NCBI RefSeq assembly: GCF_009834535.1
Contig: NC_045696.1
Span: 73,286,001 to 73,350,000, forward strand
DNA from: Camelus ferus
Lineage: Eukaryota
DNA length: 64,000 bases
Direction: 5' to 3'
Shown: piece after piece, positions 38,159 to 50,665 of the stretch
Numbering within the stretch: position 1 is the stretch's first letter
How the letters are laid out: every line of letters begins with the position of its first letter
Translations under genes and position numbers: made by a program
Notes under the pieces: model-generated
The model's database searches: none
Told to the model about the DNA's origin: nothing
Seen by the model: the letters and a program-made list of their open reading frames with translations, nothing else

Positions 38159-38217
38159 TTCATACTCGTGAATACATCCACAGCTCTGTTTGTCAGGTAT
38201 TGTTTAAGAAAGAGAAA
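38159..38217 (+). pseudogene. Repeat C: short hydrophobic (S1-like) exon
   Basis: Acceptor tttgcttttttgtag; donors after 38196 (gtattg) or 38217 (gtaagt). Open frame FILVNTSTALFV. Confidence 0.4.
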
Positions 38218-38995
38218 GTAAGTGGACTCATGAAGCTCTTTTAAAATAATCATCAAGATAATTGGTTTGTTACAAACAAAAATGCCAAGGAATCCTAACT
38301 TTCCTGTGGTAGAAGTGGAACTCATTTCCTCTATAGTCAACTCTTTAGCAAAATACTTTACACTGATATGCATTTAGTATGCTTCTATCTGTACCTTCTG
38401 TCTGTACCTCTGAATGTACGTTTACTCATTCATTCATTCACTCTTGAGTTATTAACTGAGTGTCAATGTTCCAAGAACTGGCTATAAAATGGACACAAGA
38501 ACACATAGTCTAAGAACAGAATTTGTGCATGGAGAAATAGCCCCAGAGATAGTATAAGTGGGGACTTATATATACCTAACCTGTCTGTGATGATAGCTTT
38601 TAAAGTTTATGTTTGTATGAACCAAAATGTACATTGTGGGTGCTGGTTGGGGGCATTTAAAAATTGGTGTAATAGATTTAAAACTTGATCTCAGCTGTTA
38701 TAAAAACAATGCAGCTGCTGAGTGAAAACAGATGCCAGGAAGAACCATGCTGAGGATAAAGGAAAGACATTGTGGGAAGCACAACTTTATAATAACTCGA
38801 GGCTTCCTATCTAATGACATTATAATTTGGCTCTCACTTATCGGGTAATGCACCAGACAGCTTCAACTATCATTTGTCTAGCATCCATTAAGTATTGTCT
38901 TCCTTATAATAGTTAGCTTTATGTATTGGACAATGAATGAGGTGGGGGAAACCATCTAAGGCATTTGAGAAATAAACCTTAATGACAACAACAAT

Positions 38996-40804
38996 TCAGA
39001 CATTCTTTTTCTTCAGCTTTAACATTTGGGTGCCATACCATGAATTAAATGATCTAACTCATCTCATTCATCATCCAAACCACAGAACGAACTGTTACAG
39101 TCAAGCTTCTCTAGAAGATTATCTGACAGGTGATATATGAATCCATGGAGGGATTGTATGATGAAGGAACATGAAAGATGACAAGAGATATGTCAGCCTT
39201 GTAGGCTAGTTACTGTCACTGCATAACAGTCACACACATTTCTGGCTAAATAGTGGGGGATAACTTAAGTATTTTGATTTTTTCATTGTCTGTGGGCTTA
39301 AAGGAAATTATAAGGGACCACAGCACAAATACACAGAAACTAAGTATTGATGTCACTTTCTGCAACATTTATTCACTCAACAAACATTTACTAACGCTTG
39401 CTTTGGGTCAGTACTATTGAAACATCAGATTTTTCTTTTGGGGTTCAGATGAGTCCTATCCAGGATCACCAAACTAATAAGCAGGAGACTAGCAGAATTC
39501 TTCTGACTACAAACAGTATGAACAGTGTCACATGCTGCTTGTCAGCACCTAGTGATAAATGGTTTGGCTCCTGCTCCATTTAACTCCCATATTCCTTCCA
39601 GTCACCTCCTCCCATAGCAAAGTCTGTTCCATCACTCCAGAACCTGGCTGAATTTATCAACTTGAATAGAAAATTTGATATACAGCGATCTGCATCTTTG
39701 CTGTAAACTTGACCTTTAATTCTCTTTTAATTTGAGAAAAGAACAGAGAAGGCAGACTAAATTGTTTTAAGCACTTTACAGAAAAGAAGATTCTAAACTT
39801 TAATTTTCAAGCCTTGATTCTGCATATTAAATTAATTTGGTGTTACTATTAGACCTATTGGGTGGTTATTCTGGTTAACATTTGCTTTCAGATCTGGGGA
39901 TACACAAAGGGCCTATTTGGTACCAGGGGACACGTATCATCTTGGAAAGAAGCAAAACTCAAGACCTAAAGCAGACAAAGTGGACAAAGGATGGAGAGAA
40001 AAGTGTTTCCTGAATACCCACCATGCTTTAAATTCTACACTAGTCCCTTTTACATAAATTATTTTAATTTATCTATAATAAAAATCCTGCAGACTATTAT
40101 CTTCATTTTATTAAAGAAGAAACTAGATTTATTAAGTTTATTGAACATGTCCCAAGTCACCAGCTAGTTAGTCGCAGAGCTGAAAGTAAAGCCCAAATTT
40201 ATTTAATACCAAAGTTTCTTTCCACATGGCAAGCTGCCTACATCTGCAATTTGTCTCTAAGTTTGCTATTTCATCAATTACCTTGCAGGTAGATGGAAAC
40301 AGAGTTCCTTATCTCTTATTTAAATTCTTCTCTTGCTCAGTCTCTTTATCAAAATGAAATTGTGCCTGCTGGTCTCTTAAGCTAACATTTTTGGAATAGT
40401 GCTTAACTCTTTACATCCTTTATTGTCCTTTCTATATGTTACCCTTCATATGAAGAAAACTTCCCTTTCCCTAGACTGGCTTTAGGGTAAACAGATCTGA
40501 TTAATTCTAATTTGTTAAAAGATTATTTAGAAGTTGACTTACAAATAGAGGTTACCAATTTTCAAAGGACTAGAATACACCAAAGTGTACTCAATTCTAT
40601 AATTATACTGAGTACCATATAATCTTTCATATCTGTATGTCAAAATATCAGCCACCATTTAAGGCTACTTTACCTGCCATTTCTTTTGAGAAGTTTTCTC
40701 TGATCTTGCTATAGAACCTGAGATTTGTCAGACATTCTTTTTCTTCAGCTTTACCATTTGGGTGCCATACCATGGATTAAATGATCTAACTCATCTCATT
40801 CATC
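38996..40804 (+). repeat. 77-bp dispersed direct repeat (38996-39072 and 40728-40804)
   Basis: 75/77 identical, offset 1732 bp. Confidence 0.95.
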
Positions 40805-40939
40805 TTATGACTAGTAAGAGTGTGATTCCATTTGTCATAAGAGCTATGAAGGAAAACTCTGATATTATGCATCATGTGGAGAAAAATAAAAATGAAATAA
40901 TTGATGATGCATACTTTTTTCCTGTTAAAGCAATTCTAG
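40749..40939 (+). pseudogene. Repeat C: S4-S5 exon, still fully open
   Basis: Acceptor ttctttttcttcag, donor tag|gtaatg, 63 open codons. WVPYHGLNDLTHLIHL fits PxxRLNRLxRLxRL with CAT where CGT is expected. Phase 2-to-1 boundaries are the same as the 5571-5734 exon. Confidence 0.58.
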
Positions 40940-41047
40940 GTAATGGGCTTCCCTCTCTAACCTTAATACATGTTTCATACTTACTCAGATGTGACAAGAA
41001 CTAACTTGCAAAAAGAAAGTTTATCTTTCTCAAAAGTTTACCACTGA

Positions 41048-42880
41048 ACAAAATATGTGAAAATCTATATGAGGAAAACTATAAAACTCTAATGAATGGA
41101 ATCAAAGGAGAACTAAATAAATGTAGACATGTTCATGGACAAGAAGACTCAATTGTCAAGATGTCGATTCCTTTCAACTTGATCTGTAGATTCAACGCAA
41201 TCCCAATGAAAATCCCAGCAAGCTATTCTACGGCTGTTACCCAACGGATTCTAAAGTTTACACTGGAGAGGCAAAAGGCCTGGAAGAGGCAACACAACAC
41301 TGAAGGAGAAAAACAAAGTTGGAGGACTGATGCTATCGAGCTTCAGGACTTACTGTGAAGCTGCAGTTATTAAAACAGTGTGGTATTGGTGAAAGAATAG
41401 ACAACTAGATCAATAGAATCAATTGATCTTTGACAAAAAAGCAAAGGCAATACAATGGAGCAAAGATAGTCTCATCAGCAAATGGTGCTAGAACAGTTGG
41501 ACATCCACATGCAAAAAAATGCATCTAGACACAGACTTTATACCCTTCACAAAAATTAACTCAAAATAAATCATTGATCTAAACATAAAATGCAAAACTA
41601 TAAAACTCCTAGACGATAACATAGGAGAAAACTTAGATAACTTTGGTTATCATGATGCCTTTTTAGATACAACACCAAAGGCATTATCCATGAAACAAAT
41701 AATCAATAAGCTGGACTTCATTAAAATTAAACATTTCTGCTCTGTGAAAGACAATACCAAAAGAATGAAAAGACAAGCTACAAACTGGGAGAAAGTATTT
41801 GCAAAAGACACATCTGATAAAGGACTATTACTCAAATTACAGAAAGAACTCTTAAAACTCAACAATAAGACAACAATCCAATTAAAAAAAAAGGCCGAGA
41901 TCTTGACACCTCACCAAAGATGATGTATGGATGGCAAATAAGCACATGAAAAGATGCTCCTCATCATATGTCATCAGGAAAATGCAAAGTAAAACAATGA
42001 CCTACGACTGTTTAGAATGGCCAAAATCCAAAACTCTGACAACACCAGATACTGGTGGGATATGGAACAGGAACTCTCACACATTGCACGTGGTATTTCA
42101 AAATAGTACAGTCACCTTGGCTGTTTTTCACAAAGCTCAGCACACTCATAACACACAATCCAGCAATTGCACTCTCTGGTATTTACCCAGAAGAGCTGAA
42201 AACTTATGTCCACACAAAACCTGCACACAAATTGTTATAGCAGATGTATTCATAACTGCTGAAACTTGTAAGCAACCCAGGTGTCCTTCAGCAGGTAAAT
42301 GGATAAATAAACTGTGGTACAGGCAGACAGTGGAATATTATTCAGTTCTAAAAAGAAATGAGCTATCAAGCCATGAAAAGATACAGAGGAAACTTAAATG
42401 CACACTATTAAGTGAAAGAAGCCAATCTGAAAAGGCTACATGCTGTATAATTCCAACTACATGACATTCTGGAAAAGGCAAAGCTATGGAGACGGTACAA
42501 TTATCAGTGGTACCAGAGGTGGCTGACAAGAGGTGAAAGGTGAGGTTGACAGAGGTGAAAGGTGAGGAGATGAATCAGCAGAATACAGAGGGTCTCTAGT
42601 GCAATGAAAATACTCTATGTGATATGATAATGATGATATATGTCATTATACATTTGTCCAAACTCAGAATATACAACAAGAGCGAGTCCTAAGGAAAAAT
42701 GTGCACTGTGGGTAACTGCGATATGTCAATGTACTTTCACCCTTGGTCAAAAAATGTACCCTTCTGGTGAGTGATGTTGATAATGGAGGAGGCTATACAT
42801 GTATTGGAAATTTCTGTACCTCCTTCTCAATTTTGTTGTAAACCTAAAACTTCTCTAAAAAATAAAATCTTAAAATAAAA
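41048..42880 (+). mobile_element. Old L1 (L1MC-like) ORF2 3' part and 3'UTR
   Basis: ORF2-like fragments (RFNAIPMKIP; MKRQATNWEKVFAK) and terminal ctcaattttgttgtaaacctaaaacttctctaaaaaataaa. Confidence 0.88.
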
Positions 42881-43377
42881 GAGTTCCATACTTCCGTATT
42901 ATTGAAGCAAAAATGTCTGGGAACAAAATTTGAAGAATTGCAGATTTCACTGAGTTATGAGAGGGCTGCTTCTCTAATCCTCAAGCCAAGGAGCCACTTA
43001 AGGATCCATGGTTTGGGTGAATTCTAATTAGAATAATTGAATGCCAGATTGAGAAATACCCTTAGAATTAATGAATTCAAAAAGTCTAGAGTTTTAGCTT
43101 TTACAATTTTTAAGGAGAAAGATGGAGGGTGGCCAGCCTTTTATTTTGCCAAGTGAGGAAGTCACATAAAATCTACCATCTATTTATCTGTGATCCCATA
43201 AATGAATAGGCACTTGGAAACAAAAGAGGAAGAAGAGCATCATCTCAGTATAAAAGACAGTCTCTCCTAAGCAAGGATGGGTACAATATAGCAATATAAA
43301 TATAGATACAAATGTAAATATAGATAAAATGTTATAGCTACATAAAATGTGTCTTAATTTTTCTCATTTCATTTTAG

Positions 43378-43576
43378 ACTGGTCACAATCAGGCATTTAG
43401 GAATCTCTGATCTCCTTCAAACTCTTCAGAGGGGCAATGACTGACCAGGGTTACAGATCAGTGGCTGCAGGGACTAGAACTAGTACCCAATCATTGGAGC
43501 CCACTTTAATGTTTCTTCTAATCACCATCTGCTTGGACTCTGAGAGCATGACCAAGGGCCCAGGATGGAAGATGAG
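43378..43576 (+). pseudogene. Repeat C: pore-S6 exon
   Basis: Strong acceptor ttttctcatttcattttag, donor gag|gtgaat, one stop. Reads SFKLFRGAMTDQGYRSVAAGT (GY[aga], one transition from GYG), then hydrophobic LMFLLITICL. Phase-compatible with 40939. Confidence 0.6.
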
Positions 43577-43769
43577 GTGAATCCTGCTCTACATATAGGG
43601 TTTGAGGCAACCTAGGGAGATAGGACAAGAAAAAAAAAAAGTGGTAGAAATAGTCTGAGGAAAGGAAATGAGTATTTTTAGTTCCTAAGAATACTTTCCG
43701 GTTTCCACAGTCTTCCCCTCTCCATGGGGGAAAAACAGATTTTGAAAACAGTAAATCCATGTTTAAGGT

Positions 43770-44150
43770 AATTTGTTGAGTACCTAATACATTCTCAGAA
43801 CAGGGTGAGGTGCTTTTAATCTTCATAATCTTTTGAGGTAGCTCTTCTCAGATGTGGAGACTAAGACTTGAGAAGTTATCTGACTAAAATCAGCAGCTGG
43901 AACTCCTACCTGTGTAACTCAGGTTCAGACACCTATTAACTCCATACCATCCTGCCCTACACACTGTTACCCAGGAGAAAGGAAGTACGATATTTGCTTA
44001 GCTCCTACCATGTGCCAGGCCCTGGGTTCAGTGCTTTTCATAATTTGTTTCCTGTAGTCCTGACCTCAATCCTATTTATCTTCTTCACTTCACAGATAAG
44101 GAAACTGAGACTGAAGATCACAGAGCCAGTAAGTGGAGGAGCCAGAAATC
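43770..44150. mobile_element. Two MIR fragments
   Basis: cagatgtggagactaagacttgaga and cacagataaggaaactgagactga cores. Confidence 0.7.
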
Positions 44151-44296
44151 AAATGCAACAGAATGATTTCTATTGGCCCCTGAAGTGGAGATCCATCAAG
44201 AACCTAAATAAAAGTATATTTTTATACAGAATTCAAATATACATAATAGTAAATCAAAAAGCCATAATATAGTTACCTTAGGATATTTTCATGAAC

Positions 44297-44378
44297 TGTT
44301 AGGTTGAATAATTCAAAACTGCCATTTTGTAGGTCAAAAGTGGTTGAATATTGTGATTGCATATGGTTTGAACTAATA
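44297..44378. mobile_element. MADE2-like mariner MITE
   Basis: About 80 bp with degenerate terminal inverted repeats ttaggttgaa...tttgaactaata around ttttgtaggtcaaaa. Confidence 0.7.
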
Positions 44379-44519
44379 CATATCATTATTAAGTTTTACT
44401 AATCCTCGCAATAAATTAAGGACTAGCAAGCTGTTAAGAATAGTGACAATAATAATGAGAAAAACACTTATAAGAACATTATCAATACTATCTTTTTTTT
44501 AAAAACCACTTCTATTATA

Positions 44520-45050
44520 TAGCTTTTATCACGCTAAAATGCATAACATAAAATTTACCATCTTAACCATTTTTAACTGTATAATTCAGTTGTGTTAAGT
44601 ATATTTACAGTGCTGTGAAACAGATCTCTAGTACTTTTTCATCTTGCAAAACTGAAACTCTATATCCATTAAACAATGAGAGATCCCCAAAAGGGACCAC
44701 ACGGCTGGTGATGTTAGATCAAAGGATACTTCGAAAAGAGATCAATCTGGAATTTTGTGTGAATTTTCTAAGCTTTAATGTTGGCTTTAAAAAAAGAATA
44801 GCTTTGTTGAGATATAATTCAGATACCATAAATTTTTCCCATTTAAAGTTACAGTATAATGGTTTTTAGTATACTCACAATATTGTGCAACCACCATCTC
44901 TATGTAGTTCCAAAACATTTTCTTCACCCTCAAAGGAGATCTTGTACCTATGAAGCAGTTACTCTCCATTCTCACCTCTCTTCAACCCCTAGTAACCACC
45001 GTTCTACTTTCTGTTTCTATGAATTTCATTGCTACGGATACCTCATATTT
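44520..45050 (-). mobile_element. Two L1MB-like 3'-end fragments, antisense
   Basis: ataacataaaatttaccatcttaaccattttta and agctttgttgagatataattcagataccataaa termini. Confidence 0.8.
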
Positions 45051-45314
45051 CTACCATTTTTGAGTATGTAAAATCTGAAAAATGCCTCATACACTTTATT
45101 TAATTCTAACAAAATTCTATGAATTAAGTAGTATTATCCTCATTTGTAGCCTAGGAAATTAAAAAGGTAAGGTAGAGAGAAAGTTACATCTGAAACTAAC
45201 CAATTACTTGTGCTTAACAATTATTTGTTTTCAAATTTGTTAGATCCAAATTAGTTACTGGTAAGATTAATTTTTACCATTGAGAAGATTTCCCATATTT
45301 TTTATTTCTTGGAG

Positions 45315-45702
45315 GTGGCAGTAATTGGGGACTTCCAAACACCCAAATAATGGAGCTCAATAAATACCTGATTCATTACTAAGTGAATGATGTGACAAGA
45401 TCCCTACTTAAAAGCACTATGAAAGAATGAGAAAAACTTTGAGAGAGAACATGCAAAAAGCTCATGGTAACATTCCTCATGTAGAGAAGTTTTTTGCCTG
45501 ATTTTTCTAAAATAGTGAAAAATGACAGAGACCACATATTATGAGCTACACTGTACCAAAAAAAATTGGACAGACTTCTTGCACAAACATAATATATCAT
45601 AGATTGCAAGAACATAATTGCAAGAACAAAAAAACATTTTATTCTGGAATATCACTGACAAATTTAATTGAACTCTGGAGGAAACAGGATGGTTTAAAAT
45701 GG
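45315..45702 (+). pseudogene. Repeat C: C-linker exon
   Basis: Reads DFQT/QIMELNKYLIHY*VNDVTRSLLK/KHYERM...GNIPHVEK/FLPDFSKIVKND, then DFLHKHNIS..LQEQ and LWRKQDG. Needs several small indels and includes a visible 14-bp tandem duplication (attgcaagaaca twice, ~45603-45630). Splice sites are degenerate. Confidence 0.55.
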
Positions 45703-47469
45703 GTTAAATGTTAGATGAAATATTATTTAGTGTGTTACTTAGAATTAGTACATAAACAAGTGAGAGAAACTGAGCATGGAAAAATAAATGAAGCCCTTGC
45801 GTTTGCAGCACTTAAGAGGATAAACAATAATTGGTTAGAAAAAACAGAAGCTTTGTACTCACACTTCACTCTTTTTTAACAGAAAGACAACATTGGAGAC
45901 AACAGTTATATTAGAAACTTTGTCACTCATAAAACAAATGAAACAGAACTGAAAGACACTGGCAAAACATCTGCATGAAAGAGCATCCTTGTTTCTGTAT
46001 TGCTGAAATGGGATTTACTTTCAAATTGAGGTCACATTTTTTAAGAAAGAATTTTTTTTATTTTTAAAGGACAATTATATGATAAATAAGTAATTCTTCC
46101 TTAAATAAATAAAAATAAACATTTAAAATAGGTATATATGTATATGTAAATTTATATTCCTAAACTAATAAAAATGACTTCAGATTTACACAGAATATTA
46201 AAAATTACATGTATTTTCACCTTTATTCCCTCCATTCTATGAATAAACATCTTTGTTGCTAGTTTTTTTTTCCCCATTGAAACTCTCCCAACAAAAACTT
46301 CTCTTGCGATGCATGAAACTTCTCAGAAACTGAATATCTCTATGCTTCAGCAGGCTTAAAATTTTTTTCAGATATTCTGCTTGAGTTTGAAGACAACTAA
46401 ATTTTCAATCTGTGAATTTTGTGGTAATGCTGATGTCCAAATCTGATTTCAATGAGTTTTGACCTTCGGAGATTTGTCACTATCCAGATGTCAAATCTTT
46501 CTTTTTCCTTTTTGAAAAAGAAATTTATTCAATTCAATGCAAATCATTTGGTCATCTTTCAAGGACAAAGACTGAACAAATTATAGATCTTAATTTTTAC
46601 CTACAACTATCTAATATAATGTTTTGGAAATTAGAAGAATTATAGAATTTCAGTACTGGGTGGACCTTTCAAGATAATCAAATCCATTCCCTTAATTTTA
46701 CAGAGAATGAAGTGTCTTCCCAGATATGACAAAGTTAGGGTCATAGGCAAAATCTAAACACAGTTTTCTAAGAACCATCTAAGGTGGGCCAAACTGTTAC
46801 CTTCCTCATGCTCTTGTCCAGATCCTAGACAATATAGGGTTCAAAATGAATACATTGAATGGTACTACTTTTTGAGGATGAAAACTCCAGGCTATTAAAG
46901 TGAAGTAATAGTGATTCTTGTACCCTTAGCCATCACCAGACATAATGGGGAATTGCCAGGGTCTCAGAGCTGGCCCAGTGGCAAAAGCGCTGAAACGTTC
47001 CATCCCAAACTTGCCGTGGGAAGCTGGCTGACTCTTTTAACTGCTCTGCATCCCAGCCTGAAAAATGGGAATAATGTCCAGTCCACGTAACTGAGAGGAC
47101 AGGAATGCATAAGGAAAGTAAGAGGACTTCAAGGCTCCCCACAGTATGACACAGGCCCAGCCATGATTTATGCACAGACCTGCTTCAGTAGGTATGCCCG
47201 ATTTGCATCAACAATAAAAGACCTTGAGACACAGATTAAGGGACTATCTAGCACGAACCTAAGAAAATTCAGGAAAAAAAAATTAAAGGCAAACCCACTA
47301 TGAGGCATGGGATAAAAGGAAGAAACACACCCTGCCGTATTTGATGCTAGGAAGGAATAATGTCATTTTGAAATTACAGGTAGATGTGTTCCCCTTTCCC
47401 CCACCCCCTCACACTCTTTTCTAGCACATTTTGGGGAGCTTTGGAAAATGAATAGAAGAGACAAAAAAG

Positions 47470-47670
47470 TACTTTGCCCGGCAGGAATACAAAATTGTAA
47501 AAGCACAGACAGCACTACAGAGGCGCGCTGCCATTCACTCACAAAGAATTTTGTGCATGTAGATGGCTGATTAATTGCCGGCCTGCCTAGACGAAGCTGC
47601 AACAAGCCAGATACTGTCAGCATGCCATCGGTTACCATGGAAATGCACAAGGTTCCTGTTTCTGACAAAC
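47470..47670. promoter_or_regulatory. Candidate enhancer with RFX X-box
   Basis: Local CpG cluster in unique sequence; GTTACCATGGAAAT at 47631-47644; also tgattaattg and tgtcag motifs. Confidence 0.45.
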
Positions 47671-50534
47671 CCTTGAATACTGGATAGATTGTGCCATATG
47701 TAAATAAGGCAAATTAGTTTTCCTATATCTTCCAGACAAGGTTAGACGAAAAGAAAATATATCTGTTTAAACATACTCTCTAACCTCTTAGATGTGACTA
47801 ATGAGAAAGAGGGGCTTCTTTCTTAGGGAACTAAACTCAGATTGTTAAAACTGAAAGGCAGTTGGGGAAAATAACCAAAAAAATGCAAAATGCATTGCCC
47901 ATTTACAGGGAAGGACTTCAAAGTCAGCCATGCAAAGGTATATTTATTAGACTTTTTTATTTTGTAACCAGAAGTGGTATTTTTTTGTCCCATTCTTTAC
48001 AAAATTATAAAGTGTCAAATGGTTATTTTTATGGTATTAGATTGGAAGTTTTATATTTTTGCCATAACATTTTTACTTATTGCACCATCCCTAAACTGCA
48101 TAGGCTGATACTGAATCACAAACCAGTATAATATAAAATGTTTAACTCCACTACTAGGAGTATTTACTTTTGCATTACATATGCTGGGGTTTCTTTTTTT
48201 TAAAACAGTTTTTGCTAGCACTCTGTGACTTTATAACTTCTTTCCGTGTTGTATAATAATTTATAATTAATTAAATCTGATGTGATTTCAAAATTTTTTA
48301 TTATTATCATTAGGATATTTTAAAGTACATAATGACTTGAATTCCTATATATTTCATGACACAAGACTACTCTGATAGCCACATATAATTATATATTTTT
48401 AAAATTGAATATGTTTACTTAAACAGTAAAAATGCCCCAAAATGCTGGAGTACTTTTCATAATATAGCATCTCTGAATTATTTTAAAATGTGCGTTTCTT
48501 AAAATACAATGTTATGTCATCTCTATTATCTTCTCAATTTTAAACATATTCTTTTTCTTTTTTTTAGTCAGATTTTCTAAGGATACTTGTACATAAAATT
48601 TCCACATTTAAACCCAAATATTCATATACTTTTCAAGTAAGCCACAACATATGAACACCAAAGACACCTATAATTATCCAAATTAACCCATTTCTAAAAT
48701 TTAAATTAATGCTCTTTCCCCTTTCTGGGTAAAGGTAAAAAAATTTATTTTCTACCAAATGATCTATGTATTAGATGTGCCCAGAATTCCAATTTGATTA
48801 TAATATATTATATGTTATTTCATGTTTTAGAATTTAGAAATAAAATCTAGCTAAAGACCCCCCAAACTTTAACATATTTCTATAATTGAATATTATCCCA
48901 GAAAAATAAAAAAGGTATTATTTATATATTTTCACTTTACGTAAATAAAATACTACATGAACCTATCAAAAATATTGACTTTTAGCATTGTCCTATTTGA
49001 CGTATTTTTCCTTGCAAAAAAATACCCTTTATACTCTTTAAAAGAATATGATATATAAAGTGAATGGTTTTCATGAAATTTTCTAAACAAATTTTTAAAA
49101 GCATATTATGTTTACACAACAGTGAAGAAGAAAGTAAAGAAAATATCTGAATAACTTTGATTAGAAAAAGTGCCTCTGCTTGAAATTCACATGGTTTTTC
49201 TTCCTGTTATTTTATTTTCCTTATGGAGACCTAAACAAGTTGTCACATGTTTTAGGTCATTCCAGTCCTTAATGCAATGAAATACATAACCTAGAGATGA
49301 CATTTTATTTTGTTCTTTTCCCTCTTTTAAACTAGACAAATTACGATTGAAAGCATGAGGATTTCTTGGATGGTCATGTGACAATGTACACTTTTTTTTT
49401 TTTAATTAGAAATCTTTTCAAGTTCTTTACTTGTGAGCATGTGAATTTGAGGATTTAAATAGTAATCTGTATCCTCAAAGTGAAGTTTCACAATGGAAAG
49501 TGGCCAAATCTCTTTTTCAAGAGTTTATTATATGAAAAAAAGCCATCTTCCTAGTTATAAGACACATGTGTTATATGTGCTAGGAGTATGTTAGAAACAA
49601 TGAGATTGGCTCTGCTGATACTTTTAACCTACACTTTAGAATTCATAATTTGCACACTGCATTCTTTAAGCTGAAAGATAAATATAAGAGTATTTTCCTT
49701 TATTGCTTACATTTGGTAAAGTAGGAAAATTATACTCTGACACTACCAGAATGGTATTAAGCACAGGATGGTTAATAAGAGAGCAGATTTTGTAATCATT
49801 GTGAGAATAAATGCTTTCTAGGAGGAGCATACACATTTGCTACTTGTAAGAGTCAGCATTATAGTGTGGAAAGAACATTCAATCATTCATTCATTGAGCA
49901 TTGACTGTATGCCAAACACTTTATCAGGCATGGTAAGGTCCCTGCCTTCATGGAGCTTATACTCTAGTGAAGGTAAAGATAAGGCAGGAAAAAAGAACAT
50001 CTGAGTTCTAAACTTTGCTTTTTATTTCAAATCTTGAATTCCTTTTATTTATATCACGCTTACAATAGAAATCATATTCTCTTTATAGTATATTTATTTC
50101 TGTATGTTTTTCAGCTCTACCCTATACATTTCTTATGAGTATCAAATATGATCTAGATCTTTTTCATCTTTGGGTCTTCTACTATATTCAAAATACAGTA
50201 GGTTTTCCAAAGATATTTGTTGAACTCATGAATAAATACGTAACTCTGCTGGTCACTTGTGGTACAATATTGGACAAGGCAGCTGACTCCAGGAATTTTT
50301 GGTTTCTTCATCTATAAACAGGGGTGTGAAAATAAGTCATCTTTAAGGTTAAATTTTTTGATTCTATAATACTACTTACTGCTATATGTCAGCAGACAAA
50401 TTTATTCTTATTATCCTACTGGCTTAGAAAATTTTCATCCTCAAAATTTCATTAGCCTAAAAATTTGTTTTTAGTCTTTTGGCTATCATTTTTCAAGAAT
50501 AACTTTAAAAACATAATCATTTTATTTTTCATAG

Positions 50535-50665
50535 AAAATTATGCCCAGATCTGATATTAAATCCTAATTCGACATGTTGCTCGTTACTTGTTTGATGTAC
50601 GAAACAGGCCAGAAAATCATGCACAGGAAAAAACAGTTTTTGAAGTGTTAAATCAAGTGAATGAA
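50535..50665 (+). pseudogene. Repeat C: C-linker end exon
   Basis: Acceptor tttatttttcatag, donor gaa|gtaaga. Reads SDIKS*FDML/RYLFDV, resembling xLFDxLPxxLxxDV. Three retained CpGs. Confidence 0.5.

Noticed and set aside
38159..38217. HTREYIHSSVCQVL resembling a DDX60 helicase segment
   Set aside because: Isolated short resemblance; no neighbouring segment supports a helicase.
40749..40780. FTIWVPYH resembling GPCR TM6
   Set aside because: No other GPCR motifs; the context fits S4 better.
50535..50665. PENH...VNE resembling a RhoGEF DH-domain end
   Set aside because: Requires many gaps and has no supporting exons.
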